From: Mobula hypostoma
Lineage: Eukaryota
Direction of reading: 5' to 3'
Length of the DNA stretch: 64,000 bases
Assembly (NCBI RefSeq): GCF_963921235.1
Contig: NC_086097.1
Span: forward strand, 48,920,001 to 48,984,000
Below, one piece after another: positions 12,459-25,289 of the stretch. The notes beneath the pieces were generated by a model. The model saw nothing but the letters and a program-made list of their open reading frames with translations, searched no databases and was not told where the DNA came from. The translations under genes and the position numbers were made by a program. Numbering within the stretch: the stretch's first letter is position 1; every line of letters begins with the position of its first letter.

Positions 12459-12726
12459 CCCCCTTTTCTTTCTCCCTAGGCCTCCTGTCCCATGATCCTC
12501 TCATATCCCTTTTGCCTATCCACTTTCCAGCTCTTGGCTCCATCCCTCCCCCTCCCCCTCCCACTTTCAAATCTCTTACTAGCTGTTCTTTCAGTTAGTC
12601 CTGACGAAGAGTCTCAGCCCGAAACGTCGACTGTACCTCGTCCCAGAGATGCTGCCTGGCCTGCTGCGTTCAGCAGCAACTTTGATGTATGTTGCTTGAA
12701 TTTCCAGCATCTGCAGATTTCCTCGT
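12459..12726 (+). mobile_element. Solo Penelope-like pLTR with hammerhead
   Basis: Highly similar to 53910-54176; 9 bp direct repeat GTTTGAGTA at 12450-12458 and 12727-12735. Confidence 0.9.
12597..12632 (+). ncRNA. Minimal type-I hammerhead ribozyme
   Basis: AGTC-CTGACGA-AGAGTCTCAGCCC-GAAACGTC-GACT; core intact, one stem II mismatch. Confidence 0.75.
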
Positions 12727-12735
12727 GTTTGAGTA

Positions 12736-12835
12736 TCTATAATTAATTCTATAATCTATAATAATTATTGTTAATTAATTAATTAAATCAATTAATTATC
12801 TATAAATAATCACTATAATTAATTCCATAATTCTA
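12736..12835. repeat. AT-only low-complexity tract
   Basis: Repeated TATAATTAATT/AATT units. Confidence 0.8.
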
Positions 12836-13149
12836 CTCTTATCCATTCAGACAACAGTCAACAATCACCTTAGCCTATTCTCACCCTTAACAACGTTACC
12901 TTTAGCACCATTTATTTTTGTCCAAATGAGATGATATTCTTGTGGGAGACTAGAAGCAGCAAAGTTTATCTTTGTGTAAAAGAAGCAGTGTAGTGCTTAG
13001 TTCAATACTGAAATATTTATCCATTACACTAATGACTGTATCATTGCTGATTCCTATTCTAGATTGGAGAAGATACATGGAGATTTTGGCAATTTCTACT
13101 CCCTGCAGTCCATCTCAAACTTACTTCTTCTGCTTATGTCTTTCAACTG

Positions 13150-13505
13150 TGATTCACTCTTGTCTCTGAATTAGAAGAATATGTACTTCAATCCATCCCG
13201 CGAGATTTAAGCATATCATTCACACTGACATCTCTGCACTTTACGGGAGTACTGCTGCTGCATTGTTGGAAGTGCCGTTTTTCGTTTGGGGCAATAACCT
13301 GCCTCCAGAGTTAGGCAGGCATACACAAATCCACCTTTCTATCCTGCAGTATGATGACAGTATTTACTCTTTAACTAGAACCTAATGTAGATCAATCTTG
13401 TTGTTGTTTATATAGGGTTTGTGTGTGTTTATTAGCAGCTGCATTTCCTACAGCTCTTCAATGTTAATTCTTTGGCTGTGAAGTAATTTGGAATATTCTG
13501 ATGCC
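13150..13505 (+). mobile_element. Ancient DeuSINE/SacSINE1-like remnant
   Basis: CTGACATCTCTGCAC...GGGAGTACTGC...TGCATTGTTGGAAGTGCCGTTTTT and 3' GCATTTCCTACA...TTGGCTGTGAAG resemble the Deu domain and tail as recalled. Confidence 0.5.
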
Positions 13506-16500
13506 ATTAAAACAAACTCCAAATTGCAGAGGTGAACCAGATGGAACTGTTGGTTCCTGTGCTCCTTTCGCTTCACCATTGCCCTAGCTTCTGTGTTCCC
13601 TTTCCATTCTCCATGGACCCAGCTCTGCACTCCCTCTCAGTATTTCATGATTCCCTTTAAAATCACCTTCTGTTTTCTATGCTCGCTTGCAATTTAACAG
13701 GTCTTGTTTCCCATATTCCCTATAAACTTATCAGCTTCTCTGGGAAATAATATTCTATTGGTAAACTCTTAAAGTGTGTTGGTGTATTGTTAGAATGACA
13801 CCTGATTGCCAATGATATCTAAAGTCCAGCACCACCAATGTCCCCAGCGTGACAGGTTAATGGAGTTTTACTTATTCTGTTCACAAGAGCAAGATTACCT
13901 CAAAGATGTCTCCTCCTTTTCAAACAAAGACAGGATCCTCTTATTAAGAGTAAAGACATGGCTTGATCTGGATTTGCCTGTAGGCTGACTAAGTAAGAAT
14001 GGAGTGTTTGCGTGTAAGTAAGAATGGAGTTATCTTCTCCAAACGATGGAAATGAACCATATGAAGCGCTTGTTTTATTGTCAGCACCACTGACACTAGC
14101 CTTTTACTTCAGTCCTTAATTTGCCAGAATCTCTTCAGCCATTATAATCGCACCAGAAAGTAACTTAGGTCTTCAAGCTGATTTTTAAATGATTTCCTCC
14201 AGGATAATTTAGATTGCTTTACTATTACACTCAACCCTCCACCCTTTCCCTCTGCCAAGTACCCCTTTTTCTCTAGTGGAACTTTGGCAAATCTAACACA
14301 ATTGCCAACATTCCTGGGCACACTTTCTATCACCAAAAGAGTGTATCTTTATCAACAGCAGAATACAACAGTTACTTGAATACTGTCTGCAGCGGTTTCC
14401 AACGTTGGCTCGGAACCTTGTTTCCTTGGTTATTTTCTCATTTCCCTACCATTCTCAAATAATTTGCATTTTGGCATATTTCTTTTTTAAGGGATTGTAA
14501 ACATATTTGCAAACTTAAGGTTCTTGTCAACTATGTAGTCTATCTTAAAGGCACAAAACAGGTGCAGTTATACTTGTACAACAACATCTCTTCAAGCATT
14601 GCCCATCTGGATTTAGTCAGGCTCCTACCCAGAGAAGCATAATAAATATAGTCATTAATTAGAAAACATCACTCAAAAGGACGCGCTTAGCAGAGGCTGG
14701 ATGAATAAAAAAATCAAATATCTTCTCATTTTATTGGTCTATGGGGTTGTTATAATCACTGCAAAACTAGCCGGCAGGATGTCCATATTGATTCTCTGCA
14801 GTCCTGTGAAAGTGAACTGCTGGCCAGTTGAATAATAAATCTTGATATCAGTTTTGCACAAGTTCATGTTCAGGAACGATATGGCAGTGAGTGCAGATGA
14901 AAAAGGTCAACATGATCAATGCACTAACCTGTGGCTTACGTTGAGCTGCAGTCATCACTTCCAGAGTCATCCCACAAAACCAAGCAGTTCATATATGGTG
15001 ACTGAATCTCAGGTAGCAGATACTGAGACTTAACCCAGTATGGCGCTTTGAATGTTTAAAGTGCTTAATGTCTCTGATGACCAAGCATTAAAAAATAGAT
15101 TATTTTTATTAAATTGAAAAACTTAAGAATTTTTAATTAAGCTAATTAAATACATTAATTAACATTCAAAGAGTGTGTCTTCCATCCAGGTCGGCGACCC
15201 TATTCTGATGAATGGGGTCCTACTGGATGCATTATCTATAGCAGGAAAGCAGAGGACCCAGGTACAGCTCAACATAACCAAACATTGCCTCTGGATTCAG
15301 TTGTAATGTTGCAGGTCACTGCGCTTCTCTCTGAAAGCACTAGCAAAAGAGGAGCATAACCTGGGCCATAATCTGTTTGGCAAGATGCACTGAAAATGTT
15401 AAATATGCCTTCTGTAGACCGAGGATGCTTGCCAAATAATGATCAAATATTATTGTGCATGGCACCTTGCAGTGGGATAAGTTATTTTAAAGCAATCCTA
15501 TAAATCTGGCTGTTTGAACAGATTTTGTTGATGAACACTTATGCCTTATGTTCCTATTACCAAATATAGGGCCATTTATGTGTGCTGCATCTATTGTGTT
15601 GTCTTTTTGATTGTCATGTAATTATCTGCAAGTGTACTGCAGTATGTTGTTTATATTGGAAGCGTGTTTAACCAGTCTGTGCTGAGTTATGCAGGTCATC
15701 ATACTCACTTATTATTAAAATTGAATTAAAATCAATATGTTCGAGGAAGAACATTATTGTTGTCAGGTCGCTGTGGTGTGAATATATTTACCTTTAAACA
15801 GAGGCATACATTAATGTGACAAAGCAGGATTTTCCTACCACCTAGAGATTTGTGGGAGATCTTTCAGAGATGAACAAAACTCAATTTACCCTTTCTTCAA
15901 TTTGTTAGTCTAACTGAAAGGGTGGCTGAAGATTTGGTGTAACACCTGTCTGTTATGGTTGTGAAGAGGAATTTTTTTTGATAAAATAACTCTACCCAGA
16001 TTAAAATTACTTTCAGGCTTAATAAGTTAAGAAAAAGAGGCAGGATGCTAATTTAGTGCTCATTACAATTTCCTGAAATATTAGGAAGAATATCATTGTA
16101 GCTATAACATGACCTTGTGGTTGATCAAAGAACACATGAGAGTACTGCAGTGTGGTCTTTCTGACGTTTCCTTGTGATATTTGGACCACATTTGAATGTG
16201 CAATTTAAAAGATTTCAGTCTGAATGTAGATTTTATCCTTTTGAACTGACAAACTGACTGATTTACCACTTAAAACCAAACTAAAGCAAACTGCAGCTGG
16301 AAAATCAGCTGAAACAGCTTCCCTTTTTCTCATAGGTGTTTCCTTTTACTCCGGCATGCCAAAAACAAAACAGCAGGCAATACATACACAAGGCTGAAAT
16401 GCAGCTCTGCCTCTCTACAACTTTTTTCACACCTCCACTATCACTAAATGTTGTGTTGCTCGGTCAGCATCCCGGCCTGAAGAAAAAGAAACTGCCACCA

Positions 16501-17139
16501 GCCAAACAGTGACAGGAAAACAAAACCACATAAACTCTATGCTCCCTCCCTGATATTTTCACACATTTGAATGATAACATTTGCATTTTTAGTGTTGAAT
16601 TTGTGTCTAAGTTGAATACCCAACCATACATCCCACCCAAACTCAAGACAACATATTTCAATCCTCTTGGCATAATTGCTTATTCATTGTTGTTGTTATT
16701 ATAATTATTATTATTACTATTTTTTAATTATTTATTTTTTCTCAGCTCAATCTTGTAACACATGAGGTTTTACATGAGCTGGTAAAACCTGAGAAATGAC
16801 CCAAGCACGCTCATTTCTCAATTGCTAAGAACTTTTAGAGTATTCTAGTGGTGTTTAATATTGTGATTGTCTGAAGATTTGCATAGATTTGCAATTCGGG
16901 TTGCAAGTAGTTTAATGCTATTATGTAGTGCCTTTGGAGTGATATCAGATATTACTATTGGGACAATCAATAGTCTGTTCACATTCCATAGTCTTTCAAT
17001 TTCCTCTTTTAATTAAGCACATTTCTGCTGTTTTCACTTCCTGATTTCTGTAAGTTAGGTCTTTTTGGAAAGTTGATCTTACTTGTCTATCCTGTTATAT
17101 TATATCTGTTGTTATGGATTGTCCTATTATTATCTCTTT

Positions 17140-17330
17140 TTTCATATTTTATGTGCACAGTTTGTTGTCTTTGCACAATGGTAGATTACCCAAGTTGATG
17201 CTGTCTTTCATTTGATTTTATTATGGTTATTATTCAATTATAGGTTTATTCAATATGCCCACAGGAAAATGGTGTATATGGTGACATGTAAGTACTTTGA
17301 TAATAAATTTGCTTTGAACTTTGAACTTTG
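17140..17330 (+). mobile_element. LINE/SINE 3' tail fragment
   Basis: TTTGATAATAAATTTGCTTTGAACTTTGAACTTTG tail, related to 22815-23400 and 37230-37812. Confidence 0.6.
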
Positions 17331-18429
17331 TTGTCCTTTGCAGCCCCAGCAAGTGAGATTCAACAGATGGTACTTAAGGAATTTTCTCTGAAGTGTCTTA
17401 TGAATACTTAACACATCTGCATACGACAAAGGAACATAATCCAAAGACATTGTTCATCATATCAAGTGCTGTGATCAAATAGTTTTCTCACTGCTTTAAG
17501 TAGAAGAACCATTGCAAAAGCTATGCAAATGAATTCTAGTAGGTAACATAATGGGCGATTAGATATTAACAGCAAGCTGCTTATTTCTGCAATTCGGATT
17601 CTGCCAGGTACAATGCCACATCCACTTTTGTGGCTTTCATCTCAATACCCACACAGCAAACATCCGATAAATCAGTTCAGATTAAATTTCTACATTATAA
17701 GAATTCTTCCAAATATTTTAAGCATGGAAAGATTTATAATTTTTAATTTAGTGATGATTGTAAATGTTTTGTTGCTATATCATATTGTAAAGGAAATTAC
17801 AGACCTTTGTATGAATTTTCCAGAGGACACAACCTATATGTAAAACATTTTGAAGAGCAATGTTTGATTGTCAAATATTTAGTAAACAAATTATTTCCCT
17901 TTACAATTTATGATCTTTGGGGATGACTGTTTGTAATATTTCACCCATCAAGGACAGGACCTGGATTATTTACACTCTGTGATGAGACTGTCCAACTGTT
18001 AGATGTCATCGTAAATGATAGCCTAGTACTAGTATACTTCTTGAATGCTGTCTTCATGACTTGCTAAGTTTGACTATTTAAAAATTCAGTTATTGCAGCT
18101 AGGAATTTTAAAAGGTGGATTTGAGATTATGCTTTTAGAGTTTGAATTCCATTTTGCAGTGGAATTAATAGACAAATGCAAATATTGTAAACGTTATACT
18201 TAAAATAGTAAACATGAACTGTTACATAAATTAAGTTGCAATGAATTGAGTGGAGTTGTGCAATGGACCTTTTGTAACAAGGTTAGGTTGCTTAAAGTTC
18301 CAGATTTACAGTAATCTAAGGACTGCTGATGCCCAACTAGCAGTGAGCAAAAATGCAATCCACACATTTTCCACAACTCAAAAGATCACAAATTTTGCAG
18401 GTGCTGAGGTACATTCTAAGATGTGCTGG

Positions 18430-18850
18430 CACACATGATCAGTGATGCACCCTGGGGTCATCAGGTGTTTCTGGTCTTTCAACATCAGACACTCTCAGCC
18501 AGGGTTGATTAGGCCCTAGCTTCTGTCTGACAGCATTGGTCCATGGGTCACACCTCTTGATCCATTGCCATGTGGAGGCACGTTCAGCAGCCTCTGCGAA
18601 GGTCCTGATGGCTCTTTCCTTTGCAGCCCCATAATGCCAATGAAAGAGTAATTCAGCACAGCAAGAAGCCAGTAAACCTCTATGGCCCACCTCTATAGGC
18701 TCACATCGTGCACTCCAGCCCTGTCTTTGGCACTGTTCTACCAACTCCTGGTATCTGGCTTTCTTAAACTTGAACACCCTTTTAATCCAGTCTTCCCAAG
18801 GAAATCTCAGTTCTACCATCATCACCTGCTTCAAGGTTTCTGACAGTTAC
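18430..18850 (-). mobile_element. HERO/R2-superfamily LINE 3' fragment with restriction-like endonuclease
   Basis: KQVMMVEL.FPWED...KKARYQELVEQC..GW.ARCEPIEVG.RG...EAAERAS.W.WIKR followed by a short 3'UTR. Confidence 0.8.
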
Positions 18851-19439
18851 CAGATCAACTGATTAAAACAATCCTCAGCAAAATAAGCACTTCTATGCAA
18901 TAAAGACAATGTGTAATTCTTAATAATAGCAGAGGTTTTATGAAAATGTAAAAAAAAACTTACTAAAAGCAAAAGGTAACTATGTCACCTTTCTATTTTC
19001 TAAGTCAACACCTGAATCCTGTGAGGAGACATACATTTTCTAAGCAGTGGTTAATAACTGAGTCTGTATTATAATTAAAGTGGCTTTTTATCGTACCGGC
19101 CTGATTTGGCAAAAAAACTTTGATTGATACCACTCCTAGACACAAGAGATTTTTAATCTTTCACTTTACCATACATAGACCTAGGATCTGAGTTGGAATT
19201 CTCTGCTGTATGCAATAAATTAATTTTTAGCTATGCTCTGCTATTTATTTAATATAGCCAGCAAATTAACCAACAGATCATATCAAAATCTGCCATTCAG
19301 CATCCGAGCAAGAAATAATGATGTATAATTAATTAACTAATAAAAGGCCCGTGAATATCCTTTAATTATGGTACAGCTCAATACATGAATACAAAAGACT
19401 GAGTTGAAATGCTGATTCAGCAATTTCATTTACACTTGA

Positions 19440-19650
19440 GGGTGTCTTGGTAGCATAGTGGTTAGCGCAGTGTTTTACAGTACCAGTGACCCAGGTTCAA
19501 TTCCCACCGCTGACTGTAAGGAGTTTATACCTTCTCCCTGTGGCCACATAGGTTTCCTCCGGGTGCTCCGTTTTCCTCCCACAGTCCAAAAATGTACCGG
19601 TTGTTAGGTAAATTGGTCGTTGTAAATTGTCTCGTGATTAGGCTAGGGTT
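19440..19650 (+). mobile_element. V-SINE, 3' truncated
   Basis: A box TAGCATAGTGG, B box GGTTCAATTCC, V-domain. Confidence 0.85.
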
Positions 19651-19770
19651 TCGGGCTGAAACGTCGACTGTTCTCTTTTCCACAGATGCTGCCTGGCCTA
19701 TTGAGTTACCCCAGCATTTTGTGTGTGTTGCTCATATTTCCAGCATCTACAGGTTTTTTCTTGTTTGTGA
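19650..19770 (+). mobile_element. Penelope-like pLTR 3' fragment with 3' half of hammerhead
   Basis: GAAACGTCGACTG...AGATGCTGCCTGGCC...CCAGCATCTACAG. Confidence 0.8.
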
Positions 19771-19819
19771 CTGGATGAAGCAAGATAATTTTCAGACATC
19801 ACTGATACCTGGGAACTCA

Positions 19820-20461
19820 TCTGGACAATAAACTGGACTAAAAATACAGAGGCTCTGAACAAGGAGGGACAGAGCCGACTGTAGTTTCTGAGGAGGCTCC
19901 GGTCATTCAACGTCTGCAGTACGATGCTGCAGGTGTTCTATGACTCAATGGTGGCCAGCGTTCTATTCTACGCTGTAGTCTGCTGGGGCAGCAGGGTGAG
20001 GGCAGCTGACACAAAGAATATCGATAAGCTCTTAAAGAAGTCTGGTTCTGTTCTGGGGTTGGAACTGGATTCCCTGGTGGTTGTGTCTGAGAGGGGGATG
20101 CTGCAGAAGCTACATAGCATTATGGAACATCCCTCTCACCCCCTCCATGATATACAGGACAATCAGAGGAACACCTTTACTAACGGACTGATTCCACCAA
20201 GGTTTCCCACCGAACACCACAGGAGATCCTTTCTCCTTGTGGCTATAGGACTCGACAACTCTTCCTCCTTAAATATACAAGTATATGGTTTCATTGCACA
20301 TCTGTATTTTGGACTATTACTTTTTAATGCATATTTTGTATTCTTTACGTACTTCAATGCTTGTATATTGTATTCGAAAGCATGTATTTCTGACTGAGCA
20401 ACCTTGCAATGATAACTTCCTTCAGGATAAAGTTTTATTTTATCTTATCTTATCTTATCTT
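19820..20461 (+). mobile_element. Rex1/Babar LINE 3' fragment
   Basis: ORF 19924-20397 (FY.S.VAS..FYAVVCWGS...HPSHPLH) homologous to C-terminus of 42385-43617; (TCTTA)n tail. Confidence 0.85.
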
Positions 20462-20721
20462 AATCCCAGCTTCAAGATATCCTCAGGGGTGTGTCACAGG
20501 CCCAGCTATCATTAGTTGCCTCTTCAGTGACCTCTCTTCCATCATAAGATCAGAAGCAGAAAAGTTTGCAGTAATGCCATGTACTTCAATTTGCAACCCC
20601 TCACTTAAATTGATTGAAAAGTCACATGGCCTTTATTATTCACGGGTTAGAATTTTAAAATAGAAAATTGCATTATTACAGTTGAAAAGGGTGTTATTGA
20701 GGCCACATGTATAACACTGGA

Positions 20722-20915
20722 GTGACAGAGTGACACAGCTGTTAGAGCTGCTACATTGTAGCACTGGAGTTTTGGGTTCAATCCTGACACTGGGTGCTAT
20801 CTGAGTGGAGTTTGCATGTTCTCCCTGAGACTGCTTGGGTTTCATCCGTGTGTTCTGGAGTCCTCCCAAACCAGGAAGATGTGCAGTTTGGTAGGTTAAA
20901 TGGCTAGTGCTGTGG
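20722..20915 (+). mobile_element. V-SINE 5' part, interrupted; continues at about 21868-21970 and 22309-22340
   Basis: B box GGGTTCAATCCTG, V-domain GGAGTTTGCATGTTCTCCC. Confidence 0.75.
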
Positions 20916-20919
20916 GTCC

Positions 20920-21865
20920 ATTGTAGTTTGTTATCTATATCAACAATCTGGATGTTAATGTGGTTAACTGGACAGGCAAATTTTGTGGCTGACACCAAGA
21001 CAGGGGGTATAGTGGACAGCGAGGAAGGCTATCGTGGATTGCAGCAGGATTTGGATCATCTGGAAAAATGGGATGAAAATGGAATTTAATGCAGACAATG
21101 CGAGGTGTTGCACTTCAGTAGGACCAACCAGAATAGGTCTTACACAGTGAATGATAGGGCACTGTGGTGTGTGGTAGAACAAAGCGATCTGGGAATACAG
21201 GTGCATAATTTGATGAAAGTGGTATCACAGGTAGATAGGGTCATAAATAAAGCTTTTAGCACAATGGTCTCCATAAATCAATGTATTGAGTACAGGAGAT
21301 GGAATGTTATGTTGAAGTTGTATAAGACACTGGAGAAGCCTAAGTTGGAGTATTGTATGCAACTTTGGTCACCTACCTACAGGTAAGATGTAAATAAGGT
21401 TGAAAGAATAAAGAGAAAATTCACAAGGGTGTTGCCGGGTCTGGATGACCTGAGCTATAAGGAGAGAATTTATTCTTTGGATTGTGAAAGATTGAGGGGA
21501 GATTTGATAGAGGTATACAAAATGATGAAGGGCATAGATTGGGTAAAAGCAAACAGATTTTTCCCACTGAGATTGGGTGGGACGGCAACTAGAGGTCATG
21601 AGTTAAGGGTGAAAGGTGAAAAGTTTATGAGGGGAAACATCTTCACTCAGAGGGCTGTGAGAATGTGGAATTATGTGCCGAAGCAAGTGTTGCATGTGAG
21701 CTTGATTTTAATGTTTAAGAGAAGTTTGGGTAAGTTCGTGGAGGGTAGGGGTATGGAGGACTGTGATCTCAGGGCAAGTCCATGGGAGTAGGCAGTTTAA
21801 ATGGTTGGGTATGGCTTGATGGGCTGAAGGGCATGTTTCTGTGCTGTACTTTACTATAACTCCAA
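20920..21865 (+). mobile_element. Degenerate 5'-truncated CR1
   Basis: FVADTKTGG, LEYCMQLWSP, RLRGDLIEVYK, TRGH motifs across frameshifts; CR1-type 3'UTR. Confidence 0.9.
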
Positions 21866-21999
21866 TTAAATTGCCCCTAGTATATAGGCAAGAGGTAGTC
21901 TAATGAGAATGTAATAATAGGATTAATGTAAGCAGCTGCTTGACAGTCAGTGCTGATTTAGTGGGTGAAAAAAAGATTTAACGATATTTTTTAAAGACT

Positions 22000-22305
22000 G
22001 GCTTTATTTGTCATATATACATTGAACATCCAAACATACAGTGAAATCCTTCATTTATGTCAAAGACCAACACAGTCTGAGGATATGCTAGGGGCAGCCC
22101 GCAAGAGTCGCCGTGCTCAGGGTGCCAACATAGCTTACTAACCCTAAGCCGTACATCTTTCGAATGTGGGAGGAAACCAGAGCACCCAGAGGATACACAT
22201 GTGGCCACAGGGAGAATGTACAAACTCCTGACAGACAGACAGCAGCAGGGATCAAACCCCGATTGCTGACAATGTAAAGCGTCGTGCCGACTGCCACACC
22301 ATCGT
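22000..22305 (-). mobile_element. V-SINE
   Basis: Reverse-complement V-domain (TGTGGGAGGAAACCAGAGCACCCAGAGG) and tRNA-like head near 22250-22300. Confidence 0.8.
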
Positions 22306-22814
22306 GTCGAAGAGCCTGTTTCACTGCTGTGTTACCACATGGCTCTCCGGTGTACAGTTGTGGGTTGCCTCATTTAAGAAAGCCACCTAAATGCTGCAGG
22401 AAATATGAGCATCATAAAAAGCTAAAGGTATCTACAGTAAGCTGTATTCTTTGATGTTTAAAAGAACGAGGAAAGACCATAAGATCCCATGGACAATGAC
22501 AGGGTAAATGGTGAGTTGTTGCACCAGTGAAAGAGGGGACAGAGTTCCAAAATAAGAGGAAGTCATTTAAACTGAAGTACGTAGGAATTCCTTTTCTCAA
22601 AGGCTAGTTGTTTTCTGGAATTCCCAACTACAGAGCATTATGGAGGCTAGATAAGTAAGGGAATACCATCACTTGCATGTAAACACCCCCAACTCAGACT
22701 ACATACAACTGAAAATGCTGCCACCAACCCCCCTACCACACCCCACTCACTTTTTATCGGTGTTGTCATTAATTGACTCATTGACTGAACTGAAATTGCA
22801 TTGGAAGTTAGCTG

Positions 22815-23400
22815 TTCAAAGTACATTTATTATCAATGTATGTATACATTATACAACCTTGAGATTCATCTCCTTACATGCAGCCACAAAACAAATAAAC
22901 CCAAGGGAACCCATTTTAAAAAAGACCATCAAACACCCAATGTGCAGAGAGAAAATAAAACAAACAAATTGGACTCACTTTCGTTCTGAAATAGCATTCA
23001 GAACGAAAGTGAGTCCACGGAGACGAAAAAGGGAATCACTGCGACTGAAGCAGATCACAGCCTCAGTTCAACGCAGAGCCGAGTAAATATCACAGAGAGG
23101 TAAGCAGAACTGGCTCAACTCTCACCTCTGGTCCCAGTTCTCTGGTCTGGTCTTTAAATTGTCCACATATCAGTTTGTTCCTCACTCCAGGATTTGGCCC
23201 TTGTCGATTCCTCTGGGCTTGGACCTTACCGTCATGTTTTGGCCCGTACCCAACCTTTCCGAAACGGCCTGGCAATTATATTGATCAAACCTCAGGTCTT
23301 CCACCGCTCTCAGTTTTGGTGCATTGCTTTGCCATTGCTCGCCTGCCTCTGCCTCCCCTCCATTTGCCTTGACTCTGCCATGTCTCCATTGTTTGTGGTG
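22815..23400 (-). mobile_element. Unclassified non-coding retroelement with (CTTTGAA) tail
   Basis: 3' end is the reverse complement of 37725-37810 (GGAGATGAATCTCAAGGTTGTATAATGTATACATA...AAATGTACTTTGAAC). Confidence 0.6.
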
Positions 23401-24754
23401 ATCGTTTACCAGAAATTATACCAAAAAATGAGAATATTGGCTGAAACCTTATGAGAGATGGAGAAGGAAGAAGCATGAGACCCAAGTAAAATCTAGCCGG
23501 ATTTTCAATCACAAGAATTGGCCAACAAGTGGTTCTGCTGCACATTCCACACATGAAAGCGTTAAATTAATTGGGCATTAAAGTTCTCCTACTTGATGGA
23601 TTGTTCCCTGTCAATATACAAGGAGGTATCTTCAGATCTGAGTAACGTATGCACATTTGTGTGTGCTTGGAAATGAGATTATTCAATATTAGCATAGAAA
23701 TGTTTTAGAAAGTCTTTTGGAAATTATGTTTACAGTCATTTAATAAAAAATTTAACTACTTTGTAAAGACAAGAAAAGTAATGATGCAAAGCATTTGTGC
23801 AAATATCAAACAGGCTTTTTATTGATAGGATTACAAAGAACTCCACACATTTGTACAAGGGCCATGGAATTAACCTCAATATAACAAATAAAATAATTGA
23901 TGGTCAAGTGTCATTCATTTATTATCGGTTACCTTTTCGTTTTCCTTCTAAGTTGTTTTTTCAAAGCTTTGTTTCAAGCATATATTCTTTGCAAAACAAC
24001 TTTAAAATGCTGAGCAAACGTTTTGAAAATCTTAAATCAAATTTGTGCTTAGCACTCAACCAGTGATTTCATTTCTTTAAGGACAGAATGGATCACAGCC
24101 AAGAAGATTAATATTTCAAAATGTGTGGCCATGTTGTATGTTTGAATATTTGTAATGTGTGTGTAGGTTTGACATTTATTCATACAGCATGAAGAATACT
24201 TGTAAAGTCCACTTGATCTTTAATTCTGCAGTCATTGAATTTGGTAAGTCCAGTGTTAGCAAGATAAAAAAAACTTCAGTTTAAAATACAAAAAGCTCAC
24301 AAACTGGTTCTCCAAGTACTACCCTAATATTTAAGACTTAGAAGTTCAATCACATTGTAGTTGTTTTAGTAAAAATATGTTACAGTTGAATTGAGGTATG
24401 AAAAACTTTGTGGATAATGCACAATGCGATTTTGGATTATTGACTTCTATCAGAATCGCGTTTATTACCACTTACTAACACATATGATGTGAAATTTGTT
24501 GCCTTGTGACACCATGAGACTGTCAAATGTGCAGTGCAAATCTGAGCTGCAATGGTGGTTCATGAGTATATGACAAAGGACAAGAATGGGGCAAGAACAG
24601 CAAAGTGATCCCTAACAGACAAACCTCACCTGGATTTTTTTTTGATAATCCCTCACAGATATAATTAACTCCCATTTCTCTTTTAGGATGTTTGTTATTT
24701 ATATATTTTATCACAAAGTAAATATCAAATACAATGGTAAAATCTAGAAACCAG

Positions 24755-25148
24755 GCCATAGAAACCATAGAAACTACAGCACAGAAACAGGCCTTTTGGC
24801 CCTTCTTCGCTGTGCCAAACCATTTTCTGCCTAGTCCCACTGACCTGCACACGGACTATATCCCTCCATACACCTCCCAACCATGTATCTGACCAATTTA
24901 TTCTTAAATGTTAAAAAAGAACCCGCATTTACCACCTCGTCTGGCAGCTCATTCCATACTCCCACCACTCTCTGTGTGAAGAAGCCCCCCCCTAATGTTC
25001 CCTTTAAACTTTTCCCCCCTCACCCTTAACCCATGTCCTCTGGTTTTTTTCTCCCCTTGCCCCAGTGGAAAAAGCCTGCTTGCATTCACTCTGTCTATAC
25101 CCATCATAATTTTATATACCTCTATCAAATCTCCCCTCATTCTTCTAC
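24755..25148 (-). mobile_element. CR1 3' end
   Basis: RRMRGDLIEVYKIM...TRGHGLRVRG and (TTTCTATGG)n tail. Confidence 0.9.
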
Positions 25149-25289
25149 TAACTGTACTTATCCGGCAAAAAGGTTCAATATCAGGTGACAGGAACATCAA
25201 CTCTAAAGTTTGATTAGGTCAAACAACAGCCATATTACTGGGCGATTTTCTGCTAATTAAATTCATGACCTGATCAGGGTAGCAGTGGG

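Noticed and set aside
16877..18183. Several octamer motifs (ATTTGCAT/ATGCAAAT)
   Set aside because: Common by chance in AT-rich DNA; no snRNA or immunoglobulin gene context seen
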